A stretch of DNA of 64,000 nucleotides from Naegleria gruberi (lineage: Eukaryota): the NCBI GenBank assembly GCA_000004985.1, contig GG738890.1. The stretch is one strand, 5' to 3'. The translations under genes and the position numbers were made by a program. This document shows positions 1-10,452 of the stretch, in pieces (positions within the stretch are counted from its first letter, which is position 1; each line of letters starts with the position of its first letter). Under the pieces are notes generated by a model, which saw only the letters and a list, made by a program, of their open reading frames with translations, had not been told where the DNA came from and ran no database searches.

Positions 1-76
1 TATTATTATTAAAATAAAATTAAAATTAAAAGTAAAATATAATTAAAATAAATAAAAATAAATAATTAAATTAAAA

Positions 77-1940
77 TTAAAATAAAAAATAAAAAAACAA
101 ACCTGCCATAATTAAATCATCAATAGATTTTAAAACAGTATTTACACTTTTATAACAAGTAGGATCTTGTACTAAACATCTAATATAACAAATTTTTAAC
201 CATTCTCTTAAACTTGTTTCTTCTTTAACACCTAAAACATTTGAAACTTGATTATCCATTTTAATAAATTTATCATCTTGTTTTAATTGATTTATAAATC
301 TATTTAATTGATACATTTTAATTATATTTGGTGTTATTGCTTGTACAAATTCATCTGATACTAATACATCAAATAAATTCATTAATAATTGTTGTAATAT
401 ATTTGGATCATATTTTCTTAATCCATATATAGATGATGTATTATCTTCTTTTATAGCTCCACTAATTCCACCTAAATGTGATCTTCCTATTAAGGAAAAT
501 CTACATATATCATCTAATAATATTGTTGACATGAAATTAAATTTTAAAAATTGATCTACAAATTTACTATTATCTAATTCTTTTAATTCTTTTAAAAATT
601 GTTTAATAAATTCTTTTCTATTATTTAAATTTATATTTAAATTTAAATTATTATTTAAATTAATATTATTAGAATTATTTATATTTAAATTTAAATTTAA
701 ATTATTATTATTTTTAACAGATTGTAAAATATTTGTAAATCTATTACATTCTTTCATTAATTCATCATCAACAACAATATATCTATTATTTACTAAATTA
801 GTAAATTGTATTAATCTATCAATAATTAAATTTGATTGTTCTTTTCTTAATCTATTTATATTATTTAAAATTTGTACTTTCTTTCTAGGTAAAACTAATT
901 GAGTAGGTAATAAAATTGGAAATATAAAAGCTAAAGCAAAATAAATTGTTGAAAATGGAAAGAATAAAACTATAAATGGAATTGCCTTTAATAATTCAAT
1001 TGAATATTGTGTTGTAAAATAAATTTCAGATCTATTAGCTAAATGAAATGGTCTATTATTATTAATTTCTTTTTTTAAATGTAAATATTTTTTAGTATCT
1101 TGTACAATTAATTTTAATCCATTTATATAAAATTTACCATAATAGGAATATTTATATTTAATATTTTCATACATTCTTTTAATTCTATCTATTAATGAAT
1201 ATGTTTTACCTTTCCATTCTTGATAATNNNNNNNNNNNNNNNNNNNNNNNNNNNNNNNNNNNNNNNNNNNNNNNNNNNNNNNNNNNNNNNNNNNNNNNNN
1301 NNNNNNNNNNNNNNNNNNNNNNNNNNNNNNNNNNNNNNNNNNNNNNNNNNNNNNNNNNNNNNNNNNNNNNNNNNNNNNNNNNNNNNNNNNNNNNNNNNNN
1401 NNNNNNNNNNNNNNNNNNNNNNNNNNNNNNNNNNNNNNNNNNNNNNNNNNNNNNNNNNNNNNNNNNNNNNNNNNNNNNNNTTATTGGATTGATTAGATTG
1501 ATTGGATGGATTAGTGTTATAGTATTATTATTTGATTGATTATCAATAGATTGAGTAGAAGTAGTATTTAATTGATCATCAGAAATGTTATTTGTAGTTG
1601 TAGTAGTACTATTTGTAGTAGTAGTAGTGTTATTATTGTTAATATCTAATGGTTGTTGTTGTTGTGATGGTTGAGTAGTATTTGTATTATTATTATTAGT
1701 ATTAATTAATTCTTGTTGTTGTTCTTTTAATTTATTATTAATAATAAAACTAGTATGATAATTATTATTTAATACATTGTTATTATTATTGTAATGATCA
1801 TGTTTAGTAAATATTAATGATGATGATGATTTAAATATATTACTATTATTATTAAATGTAATAGTAGAAGTAGTATTACATTTTAATATATTAATACTTT
1901 TAATACTAGTAGATAATCTACTACTACTAGACTTTAACAT
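77..1940 (-). CDS. LETM1-like mitochondrial inner-membrane protein (CDS interrupted by the N gap)
   Basis: The minus ORF 77..1227 contains the LETM1 signature 'YGKFYINGLKLIVQDTKK...LKAIPFIVLFFPFSTIYFALAFIFPILLPTQL', which compares with human '[33 protein letters not shown]'. The upstream segment 1491..1940 begins with ATG at 1938-1940 and encodes a presequence-like N-terminus 'MLKSSSSRLSTSIKSINILK' followed by poly-N/T low complexity. Frame continuity across the gap cannot be verified. Confidence 0.7.
601..720 (-). repeat. Coding low-complexity microsatellite (Asn/Leu/Ile repeat) inside the LETM1-like gene
   Basis: Reiterated 'aaatttaaatt/attatt' DNA encoding NNNNLNLNLNINNSNNINLNNNLNLNINLNN. 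Confidence 0.6.
1228..1490. other. Assembly gap (run of N) inside a coding region
   Basis: 263 consecutive n characters. The flanking minus-strand ORFs on each side belong to the same LETM1-like gene. Confidence 0.99.
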
Positions 1941-2266
1941 TTTAAACAACACAAAGTAGTAACTATGATGATAATAATATGTTAAATAATAATAACTTTT
2001 CCACACAAAAGAGATCTTTGATCAACAATTTAATTTGTTTGTTTTTTTTTAATTTCTCCGTATGGAACGTGAGTGATTGATTACATACAGTGAATCAAAA
2101 TCTTTGATCGTATTGTGCTATCAATGTATATTTAATTATTATTGATTGAATAGATTCATTTGATCAATAGTTTCTTGGTAGAATGTTCAATATTTCGGAG
2201 ATTAAACTCCTGAAAATAATCATCAACATCACATTAACTTTCATCTGTAGAATCAATTAAAAAAAA

Positions 2267-3796
2267 ATGATGAGATATCATTCTAATAAAACTCATCATT
2301 TTATTATAAAAATAATAATACTATTAAATATATTTATATTATTTAATTTATTAATAACATGTCATTGTTATTTAGTAATTAATAATAATAATAATTCTAA
2401 TAATAATAATTTTAATAATAATAATGAAATAATAATAAATTCAACTAATATAAATTATTCAATTGATAGATTAGATTGGAACCAAAGAATTCCATTTAAA
2501 AATCCCAAATTAATAATTTATTGTAAAAATAAAGAATGTGTACAAAAATGGATAAAATATGTAAAAATAAATGAAATTCCATTTAGAATTAGAAGTGGTA
2601 AACATTCATATGAATATTATAGTGTAGTTGATAATGGAATTGTAATTGATGTTTCATTAATTAATTTTATTGAATTAAATGAAAATTTTATAAAATTAGG
2701 ACCTGGAAATAGAAATTTTGATATTTATAACTATTTATGGAAATATAATTATGCATTTACAGGTGGTACATGTCCAACTGTTGGTGTTTCTGGTTTTACA
2801 TCTGGTGGTGGATTTGGATATATTTCTAGAAAATATGGATTAGCAATTGATAATTTACTAGAAATGGAAATTATTAATCATGATTCAAAATTATTAAAAA
2901 TTAATCAAACAAATGAATTTAATGATTTATTTTGGGCAATGAAAGGTGGTGGTAATGGTAATTTTGGTGTTATAGTTTCATTATCTTTTAAATTAATTAA
3001 AGCACCTAAAATGGTAATTAAATATGATTTACATTGGAATAATTATAATAATATTTATAAAGTATTTAATATTTGGCAAAAATTAGCACCTCATACAGAT
3101 AATAGATTAACAAGTCAATTTACAATTTTTAATAATTCATTTGCCTCTCAAGGTTTATTTATAGATGGTACTGAAAATGAATTAAAATTATTATTAAATA
3201 ATTTAATAGAATCGAGTAGGGAAAATATGGATCAATTAAATTTTAAAATTTATTCCTATTATGATAGTATATTAGATTATGCACAATGTAAAAATGAACA
3301 AGATTGTTTAAATGAAATGAAAAAACAACCATCTATTGAAAATCCTATTTTATATAAAACTAAAAGTTCATATGCATTTAAAGAAATACCAAAAGAAGGA
3401 ATTGATTATTTCATTGAAACTATACCAAAATTACAATTACAATCATCATCTTTTATTTGTGTACAATTTGATTCCTATGGAGGTGCAATTAGAGAGAATG
3501 ATATTAATCTTGTGAAAAGTTCATTTCCACACAGATTAGCACTCTATCATGCACAATATATGATTTATTATTCAAATAGAAATGAAAGATATCAAGTTGA
3601 ACAATTTATTAATCATTTATATGATTTAACTGTTCCATTTCTATCTCCACATTCATATGTTAATTATTGTGATGCCTATTTAAAAGATTATGAATTTGCA
3701 TACTATTCAATTAACATGTTCAAATTAAGAGAATTGAAAAAGAAATATGATCCTTTCAATTTGTTTAAATATGAACAATCAATTTCATTCATTTAA
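2267..3796 (+). CDS. Secreted FAD-linked oxidoreductase, berberine-bridge-enzyme-like (PCMH-type FAD-binding domain)
   Basis: 509 aa. N-terminal signal peptide. The FAD-binding motif 'FTGGTCPTVGVSGFTSGGGFGYISRKYGLAIDNLLEMEII' is present, followed by 'WAMKGGGNGNFGVI'. The ATG sits in an aaaaaaaaATG context. Confidence 0.85.
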   Translation: MMRYHSNKTHHFIIKIIILLNIFILFNLLITCHCYLVINNNNNSNNNNFNNNNEIIINSTNINYSIDRLDWNQRIPFKNPKLIIYCKNKECVQKWIKYVKINEIPFRIRSGKHSYEYYSVVDNGIVIDVSLINFIELNENFIKLGPGNRNFDIYNYLWKYNYAFTGGTCPTVGVSGFTSGGGFGYISRKYGLAIDNLLEMEIINHDSKLLKINQTNEFNDLFWAMKGGGNGNFGVIVSLSFKLIKAPKMVIKYDLHWNNYNNIYKVFNIWQKLAPHTDNRLTSQFTIFNNSFASQGLFIDGTENELKLLLNNLIESSRENMDQLNFKIYSYYDSILDYAQCKNEQDCLNEMKKQPSIENPILYKTKSSYAFKEIPKEGIDYFIETIPKLQLQSSSFICVQFDSYGGAIRENDINLVKSSFPHRLALYHAQYMIYYSNRNERYQVEQFINHLYDLTVPFLSPHSYVNYCDAYLKDYEFAYYSINMFKLRELKKKYDPFNLFKYEQSISFI

Positions 3797-3841
3797 TCTC
3801 TTAAATCTCTCTCTTATTACTATTCAATATTCAAGAACATT

Positions 3842-5458
3842 TCAATCATATTTGAGTTTTGATAGGAATGATTCCACATCATTCGATGATGTTGATGACT
3901 CAAATAAATTTATACATAAACTATCTTCTGTTTCTACTCGTTTTCTTTTACCTGTTGTAACAGAATTAATTACACTATTCATATTTTGATGATTACTATG
4001 GGGTGGTGAAAATAGAAAGAATGAACTTGGTGATCCAAAGAAATCATCTGCTGATGATGTAAAATTATTCACATCATTAGTAGAACTACAATATCCTGTA
4101 TTTAAGAGATTAATAGATTGATTCAATTTCTTTGGAGGTGTTGAAGGTGGTGTCACTTCAATAATATCATCATCACCATCATTTAATATTTCATCTACAT
4201 GTTGATCATGTTCTTCTTCAACCTCTTCATTAGTATGATGCATATTAGTAGTAGTAGTAGTAGTATTATTAGTTGTACAAGTTGAAGTAGTAGTGGCAGT
4301 AGTAGTGGAATTCTTTTGAATAGAAGTAGTATTACAAGTTGTTTGAGAAATTGATGGAATAGAAGTAGTAGTAGTTTGATTTTGAGATGGATTAGAGTAC
4401 ATTGTTTGTGGGAAAGCATGCATATAAGGCATTTGACCACTAACAAATATTGGTGGTGGAGGGTATTGAGAAAGTGGAAGTGTTATATTTGATGAGGATG
4501 GTATTACTGAACTATTTGAATTACTTATTGTTGGAATTATACTTGAAACAATTGGTGGTGCACTACTTGTAGATGATGATATCACTACTTTAGTTGACTT
4601 TCTTCTAGATGCTCTCTTCTTCTTTTGTGCTACTACATTCGTTGTTGAATTATTAGTACTTGAATGACTATCTCTTGATAAACTAGATGGTGTTAAAGCA
4701 CTTGTTGGTTGAGTTGTAGATGTAGCAGCAGGTGATATTGTTGGAGTATTACCATTATTATTGATATTTGGATTAGTATGGTGCTGAACATTACATTGAT
4801 GATGATAGTTGCAAGTAGATGATGAAGGTGTATTATTAGTAGAATTATTAGTTGAAGTAGTGGAAGAAGAAGGAAATAATTGTGGAATGAAATGATCATT
4901 TGAAATAGTTTCTAATAGAGTTGACATTGTATTTAAAAGATGTGAAACTACTTGTTGTTTCTTAACATCTTTACAAATGGATTGAACTAGTATCTTTTTA
5001 TAATTGTTCTGATGTTGTAAATTAGATAGTGTTATATATTCTGTTAGAATACTTTCAAGTCCTTTCATTGATGAATTTGTATCAAAATCTTGCAATAATT
5101 CTTGAGATTCTTTTTGAAAGGCTTTAAATGTTTCTGTAAAGTTGGAATCTCTTAAATATTGTAATATTATAAAGGCTATTTCTCCTTTAGATACTGATGT
5201 TGCTTCTTCAAGTTGATTATTTGTTGTAGTGGTATGAGAGTAGGCTTGTTCATCATGATGATGTTGAATGTGTGTAGCAGCAGGATCATAGTAGGTTGCT
5301 GATGATGATGATGACGACGATGGATCCACACAAATAATGTTATGACCATCACTAATAATACCTGTAGCAGAAGCAGCAGCAGCCGAGGATGAATCCATAG
5401 AAGCAACAAGATTGGCGGGATAGTGATGAAGGTTATGGTGGGCTGTGGCTGCAGACAT
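3842..5458 (-). CDS. LisH-domain protein with long Ser/Thr/Asn-rich low-complexity tail
   Basis: 538 aa. The LisH-like motif 'GEIAFIILQYLRDSNFTETFKAFQKES' is present. ATG at 5456-5458. The rest of the protein is low complexity. Confidence 0.55.
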   Translation of the reverse strand: MSAATAHHNLHHYPANLVASMDSSSAAAASATGIISDGHNIICVDPSSSSSSSATYYDPAATHIQHHHDEQAYSHTTTTNNQLEEATSVSKGEIAFIILQYLRDSNFTETFKAFQKESQELLQDFDTNSSMKGLESILTEYITLSNLQHQNNYKKILVQSICKDVKKQQVVSHLLNTMSTLLETISNDHFIPQLFPSSSTTSTNNSTNNTPSSSTCNYHHQCNVQHHTNPNINNNGNTPTISPAATSTTQPTSALTPSSLSRDSHSSTNNSTTNVVAQKKKRASRRKSTKVVISSSTSSAPPIVSSIIPTISNSNSSVIPSSSNITLPLSQYPPPPIFVSGQMPYMHAFPQTMYSNPSQNQTTTTSIPSISQTTCNTTSIQKNSTTTATTTSTCTTNNTTTTTTNMHHTNEEVEEEHDQHVDEILNDGDDDIIEVTPPSTPPKKLNQSINLLNTGYCSSTNDVNNFTSSADDFFGSPSSFFLFSPPHSNHQNMNSVINSVTTGKRKRVETEDSLCINLFESSTSSNDVESFLSKLKYD

Positions 5459-5737
5459 TTTTTTTGAGTTGATTTTTCAAAGATTTGTGTAACGCAATAT
5501 TTTGGCGCGAAACTTTGGTTCTTTTGGTGTTCAGTATGAATATGGTAACTGTAAAATGATTTTGGAGCCAAAAAGAACTCTACAATTTTGGATATAGTAA
5601 TAAACAAACTCTTAGCAATTCAGATTGCTTGCAATTAATCCTGAAAAACAATGATAATAAGCAATGGAACGATAGTACTAATACTACTGAAGAATATCAT
5701 TCTGACATTTAAATATTTAATTTTACAAAAAAAAATA

Positions 5738-6145
5738 ATGCATCCACCATCTCCAATAACCATCATCATTCTCTCAATCTTTGGTATTTTAAACTTTTTC
5801 CTAATGATTCTTCTCTCCTTCATTCCTCCTTTGGCTATTTATTATATTGGAAATATATGTTGGAATAATAATTCTCATACTTTTAAAATGTTCGATTCTG
5901 AATATATAATAGATGGAGCTGATAGTCAGAGAATGGATCCGAGAGATTGTTACTTTTATAAGAAGGGAACTCTGAAGGCTTTGAAAATTTCAATCCTATT
6001 AACTTTGTGTGGTTATTTACCAGGTGTAATTTTAGTTTGGATTGTAATTGTGAGATATGAATTGTGGTGTAATGATCATCATCCTCCTTATAATTCAATA
6101 ACTGGTAGGAATGGAAGAGCTTTTGCAAAGAGTTTATTTGCATAG
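5738..6145 (+). CDS. UPF0057/Pmp3-like small membrane proteolipid with an internal ~60 aa insertion
   Basis: ATG at 5738 in an aaaaaaaaataATG context. The two Pmp3 half-motifs, 'IILSIFGILNFFLMILLSFIPPLAIYYIGNIC' and 'ISILLTLCGYLPGVILVWIVIV', are separated by a hydrophilic insert. Confidence 0.45.
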   Translation: MHPPSPITIIILSIFGILNFFLMILLSFIPPLAIYYIGNICWNNNSHTFKMFDSEYIIDGADSQRMDPRDCYFYKKGTLKALKISILLTLCGYLPGVILVWIVIVRYELWCNDHHPPYNSITGRNGRAFAKSLFA

Positions 6146-6447
6146 TATAATATATATTGATAAAATTTACCAATACTTCATCAGATACAGCTGGAATGGG
6201 AGTAATCTAACACAGAAAAGATGTGAACCAAGAAACAGCTTGAAAAGCTATTCCACAATTATCTTTATGTTGGCTTTTCATCACAACTCAAAATGGAAAC
6301 ACAATTTTAAAATTGGAAGGAAAATTGCATATTCACCAATAGATCTGTTGCTTTTGGAGAGAAACAGCTCACAAATCATTGAAAACCTTCCAGTTCACAA
6401 AAAATTGAAATGGTGCATTTATTCAAAGCACAAAAGAAAAAGACACA

Positions 6448-6940
6448 ATGTATGAGAAGAAACGAAAGCAAACTCTTGTTGAAAAGTATCCACTTGTATT
6501 TACTGCCTCTTCATTGAATATGATTTATTATGTTATCACTGCCTTGAGGGTAGGAAGAGCCAGATCAAAATATGGTGTTTTTGCTCCTGCTGTTTCAGGT
6601 AAGGTTTCTAATAATTTCACTTTCGAATATTTGTTTCGTACTACATGTAGGTCATCCTGAATTTGAAAAAGCTTTAAGAATTCAAATGAATGGTCTTGAA
6701 TATCTACCAGTTGTCATAACCTCCATGTGGTCAACTGCTTTAATAACTCAAAATGATGTCTTGGCAGGTGGCATGGGATTAACCTATCTCTCTGGAAGAA
6801 TATTATATGGAATAACATATCCAGATAAAAGAAGAGCTGGATTCTTGACACTCTTCTTCTCAATGCTAGGCTTGTTGGGAATTACAACTTTTTATTCAGT
6901 TGATGGACTTGTTAAAAAGTATTCGAATAAATTAAAATAA
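6448..6940 (+). CDS. MAPEG family protein (microsomal glutathione S-transferase 3-like), 2 exons
   Basis: Exon 1 is 6448..6598 and exon 2 is 6651..6940. The phase-1 intron 6599..6650 runs gtaaggtttct...acatgtag. The spliced product 'MYEKKRKQTLVEKYPLVFTASSLNMIYYVITALRVGRARSKYGVFAPAVSG/GHPEFEKALRIQMNGLEYLPVVITSMW...GRILYGITYPDKRRAGFLTLFF' matches the MGST3 architecture. Confidence 0.8.
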
Positions 6941-7182
6941 ATGTTTAAAATTCTATTAGATGAAACAATGATTATGCAAATGTTTCAATCAATAAATTGA
7001 TATTCTAATAAGATTATGAGTTATAATGGAAACTGGATGCAGAAACTTTTTGCAAAACTTAATAACTGGTAATATTACCTATTATTGCTGATGTTTATTC
7101 TATTTCAATTTTTATCAAAATAAATTGTAATCATCTATTCCAACAAACTTTAGTAAGGAAGAAAAAACAAGCATTTAAAAAA

Positions 7183-7893
7183 ATGAAACCTCATCCTCAT
7201 ACTCTTGGATCTAGTAAAACTGATTTCAATGATGATTGTAGTAGTGGTGATGGTAGTAGTAGTGATGGTAGCACTTGTATTAACGGTAGTAAACTATTAT
7301 CATATATTCAAATCCATACTGAATATGAAAATATGGTATCAATTTATAATTCCATGCATAAAGTGAATGATTTAATTCAACAAGCCTTTAAAATTTATAA
7401 ATTCATTTCAACAAGTCCACAATTAAATTCTGATACAATTTTATTAGAAAAGTGGAGAAGAAAAGCATTTTGTAAAGGTAAAGAATCATTTATTATTATC
7501 GGAAGAATGTATGAAAATGGAAATGATAAATTAATTGGCAAAGATTTAAATATTGCACTTGAATATTATTTAAAATCAGATTCAGCAAGTTTAATTGGTA
7601 AAATTTATAAGAAATTAGGAGAATATTCTAAAGCTTTTGAATGTTATTTAAATGCTTTTGAAAATGGAAATGCTAAAACTGAATTAAAATTAGCAAGATT
7701 ATATTCAAAATATTTACAAAATGAAAAATCAAAACCTTTAAATGATGAAATGTTATTGAAAATTAGTAAATCTTTAATTGTAAATAAGAGATTTGAAGAA
7801 GCAAACAAATTAATGAAATATGTTAATGATAAGACTACCAGTGATTCAATTGTTATTCAATTTTATATTCAAAAGATAATATTAACCAATTAA
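7183..7893 (+). CDS. Sel1-like (TPR-like) repeat protein
   Basis: 236 aa. The Sel1-like repeats are 'KAFCKGKESFIIIGRMYENGNDKLIGKDLNIALEYYLKS' and 'ASLIGKIYKKLGEYSKAFECYLNAFENGNAKTELKLARLYSK'. Confidence 0.6.
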   Translation: MKPHPHTLGSSKTDFNDDCSSGDGSSSDGSTCINGSKLLSYIQIHTEYENMVSIYNSMHKVNDLIQQAFKIYKFISTSPQLNSDTILLEKWRRKAFCKGKESFIIIGRMYENGNDKLIGKDLNIALEYYLKSDSASLIGKIYKKLGEYSKAFECYLNAFENGNAKTELKLARLYSKYLQNEKSKPLNDEMLLKISKSLIVNKRFEEANKLMKYVNDKTTSDSIVIQFYIQKIILTN

Positions 7894-8018
7894 ATAACAA
7901 GTAGAAGATCTAGTGTAATTGGATCTAGAATTGGAATAATAATGAACTATTTAAATAATATTATAACAATATTCATGGATTGAATTGAATGAAATGTCAA
8001 TAGTAACATCAAACAAGT

Positions 8019-9459
8019 TTATTCTTGTTTTGATTTTTTAAGTTCTGGTTCTTCAACTGAACTTTCTAATGAAAGTTTTGCCAATTGTAAAGCACTTTCA
8101 TAAGACTTTGCACCACCAATGAAACCAGAAGCATGTACAAAAATACAACCAGGAATTCCAGATTTTTGACTTAATTCTTCATCTCTAATACCTCTCCAAT
8201 CCTTATGAAGTGGAACACGTGATGTAAATGAAGATTCAGATTGTGGAACAGCTTGAACTCTCCAATCACCTTTAACATCTTGGAAAAGAGCAAATTTAAT
8301 TGATCCAATTGAATTTGTCTTTTCTTCTAAAACATATAAATGAGCTTTCCATGGACAAAATTGATCAAATAATACAATTTCACCTGATGAATCAACTTGA
8401 AATCTACTATTAAAAGCTCTTTCAACAATTTGATAAGCAGGAAGCCAATCATCAACATAGAAAGATAAACTTTCTAAAAATTCAGAACGTGTTAATTCAA
8501 TTGCTTTAGAAAATCCTAAATTTAAACTTTCATCTGTTGATGGTTGATTCCATTTTGGATTAAATCTTGAAACACGATTTGGAAGTGTTGTTGTAATTTT
8601 ATATTTCAATTCTCCATCTGAAACTTCAATACCATTATCATTGGCCTATTATTATGTTTTTTTTAATAATCATTTAATATTATATTAATATTATATTATA
8701 ATTATTATTATAAGTATATTAATAAATAATATTAATAAATAATAATAAAAATAATAATAATACATACATCAATATGTTCAATAAAATTAGCATACATTCT
8801 TAAATAAATATCATCTTTTTGATCAATTGTTGCCTTTTCACCAACTAATTCTTCAATAATTTGTCTTCCAAAATGTTTATAAATTAAACCAGCACTTGAT
8901 AATCTAATCTTATTAAATTTATCATTATCAAATGTATCTTTAAATGATGCTTGATGATGATCATAACGATGTTTTTGTGCATCATAAATAGCTCCAACAT
9001 CAACTATAATATCACATTGTGAAAGAATTGTTTCATCTCTTGTACGAATAACAATACCATCTTGATATTCTTTTAATAAACTTAATAATCCAATTGCTAA
9101 TGATTCATCACAATGAAATGATCCACTATGTGTACCAATCTTTTTAGTTTCAGACTATTTTTTGATCATGATGATGTGATTATGTTGGTGATTGATTAAT
9201 ATGAATAAATATTAAAGTAATCGGATAATGATGATGAATAAAGTATTATATAAACACATACTGATAAATCTTGTGGAATGTTAGAAACAACTTTATAAGC
9301 TACTCCTGAATTCATTCTATTATTATGAAAGGATCTTTTACTATTATTATTTAATATTGATGATGATGATACTATTATATTCTTTCCAATAGTAATTGCA
9401 ATTCTACTACTACTACTATTAGATGAAGATGTATTGTTCAATATTTTTTTTAAAAACAT
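8019..9459 (-). CDS. MYG1/UPF0160 family metal-dependent protein hydrolase, 3 exons
   Basis: Exons: 9262..9459 (presequence-like 'MFLKKILNNTSSS...'), 8768..9154 ('SETKKIGTHSGSFHCDESLAIGLLSLLKEYQDGIVIRTRDETILSQCDIIVDVGAIYDAQKHRYDHHQ...') and 8019..8645 ('ANDNGIEVSDGELKYKITTTLPNRVSRFNPKW...HASGFIGGAKSYESAL'). Both introns begin gtatgt and end tag. The IGTH(x)G(x)FHCDE motif is diagnostic of MYG1. Confidence 0.8.
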
Positions 9460-9639
9460 TTTTTAATCAATTTCAAAATTGAATTTTATTTTTTATTAGT
9501 AAGAATCCTTTGACAATACAGAGGCGGGCCTGCAATTTGGTAGTCTTTGTAATGTTTTAAAAAAAAATGTAACAACACTGAACCTAGCATATCACTCTGC
9601 TGGTTACTCATCACAAACAAACAACAAAAAAACAATCAA

Positions 9640-10452
9640 ATGCCAGCCACCATCAAAACAATCAAGAGTAGAAAAAACTGTACTAACTACTTCATCAATT
9701 ACGATCGTGAATTCTTTGAACAACAACAAGAGAAGAAAACCAAGACACCAAAAGAGAAGGTATCGAAGGGGAGGGTTGTATCAAGTAGAGGAATCAAGAA
9801 GAGCAGAAAGAGTAATATCTCCAAGAAATTCAGAGAACCAGTTTGGGTAAAGAGAGTAAAGGCTCACCAAACCAAAGTTCAATCCATTCGTTCGTTCAAG
9901 CCTAATCCAATTGATAGAGCAGAGTTTGATAATTGCTTGAAGGAGATGAGTTTAAGAACTGGTAAACCATTTAATAGTGATACGGAAGTGTATGAATATT
10001 TAGAAAGAAGATGGAATGAGTTTTCTTTTGATGCTGTCAAGGTTCTTTGTGCTAATTTGCAACCAGGTGACGTCAAGTGGGGATACAAGTTACATTTAGG
10101 TACCATTTCTTATGCTATTTTGGATAGAATTTTGTGTTTGAACCATAATTGCAAGAAGGAGATTATTGATATCGAACAAACCATTAATAGAGAGAAAGTT
10201 CCAACCCGTATCTTCAAGTATCACTTTATGAAGGAGTGTGGATTTCCAAAATTCAAGTCAAGTTATGATTGGACTTTCAATTTGCTATTTCCAGATGAGG
10301 AAAAATCTTATCTCCAAATTTGTGAGTACACAGCCATGACATTGGTTTGTAATGACTATGATAACAGAGTATATGTTAATTGGGAAATGTCTTGTCATTC
10401 AATGAAATGTTACGATAATTTCGATTTTGGTTATTGGATGATAAGTAATTAA
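9640..10452 (+). CDS. Hypothetical protein (270 aa), no recognisable domain; C-ending-codon-rich 5' half, atypical start context
   Basis: Intact ATG-initiated ORF inside the compositionally atypical block. The start context is caaATGcc, not the usual aaaaATG. Confidence 0.4.
   Translation: MPATIKTIKSRKNCTNYFINYDREFFEQQQEKKTKTPKEKVSKGRVVSSRGIKKSRKSNISKKFREPVWVKRVKAHQTKVQSIRSFKPNPIDRAEFDNCLKEMSLRTGKPFNSDTEVYEYLERRWNEFSFDAVKVLCANLQPGDVKWGYKLHLGTISYAILDRILCLNHNCKKEIIDIEQTINREKVPTRIFKYHFMKECGFPKFKSSYDWTFNLLFPDEEKSYLQICEYTAMTLVCNDYDNRVYVNWEMSCHSMKCYDNFDFGYWMISN

Noticed and set aside
1195-1539. ORFs 1195..1539 (+) and 1220..1492 (+) consisting almost entirely of X
   Set aside because: They are artefacts of translating the N gap.
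3747-3989. 80-aa + ORF overlapping the end of the BBE-like gene and the LisH gene
   Set aside because: It is antisense to or overlaps real genes, has no motif, and has low-complexity codon composition. I judged it spurious.
4195-5823. Several 60-143 aa minus-strand ORFs (4195..4446, 4693..4899, 5176..5607, 5635..5823) rich in L/I/H/Q
   Set aside because: They are alternative-frame readings of the low-complexity LisH gene or of the Pmp3 promoter region, with no start context or motifs. They are typical shadow ORFs.
5883-6455. ORFs 5883..6173 (-) and 6111..6455 (+)
   Set aside because: They are antisense to or upstream of the Pmp3-like and MAPEG genes, with no motifs. The second lies in the MAPEG 5' region. 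I judged both spurious.
8609-8609. ORF-track 'M' starts at 8609, 15700, 20042, 40037 and 45875
   Set aside because: Inspection shows these are TTG or GTG codons, so the track uses alternative starts. They are internal or intronic positions, and the real ATGs were located separately.
9196-9261. C-terminal 'VCVYIILYSSSLSDYFNIYSY' of ORF 9196..9459
   Set aside because: It follows a gtatgt donor and is AT-rich. It is intronic, because exon 2 of MYG1 resumes at 9154 after a tag acceptor.
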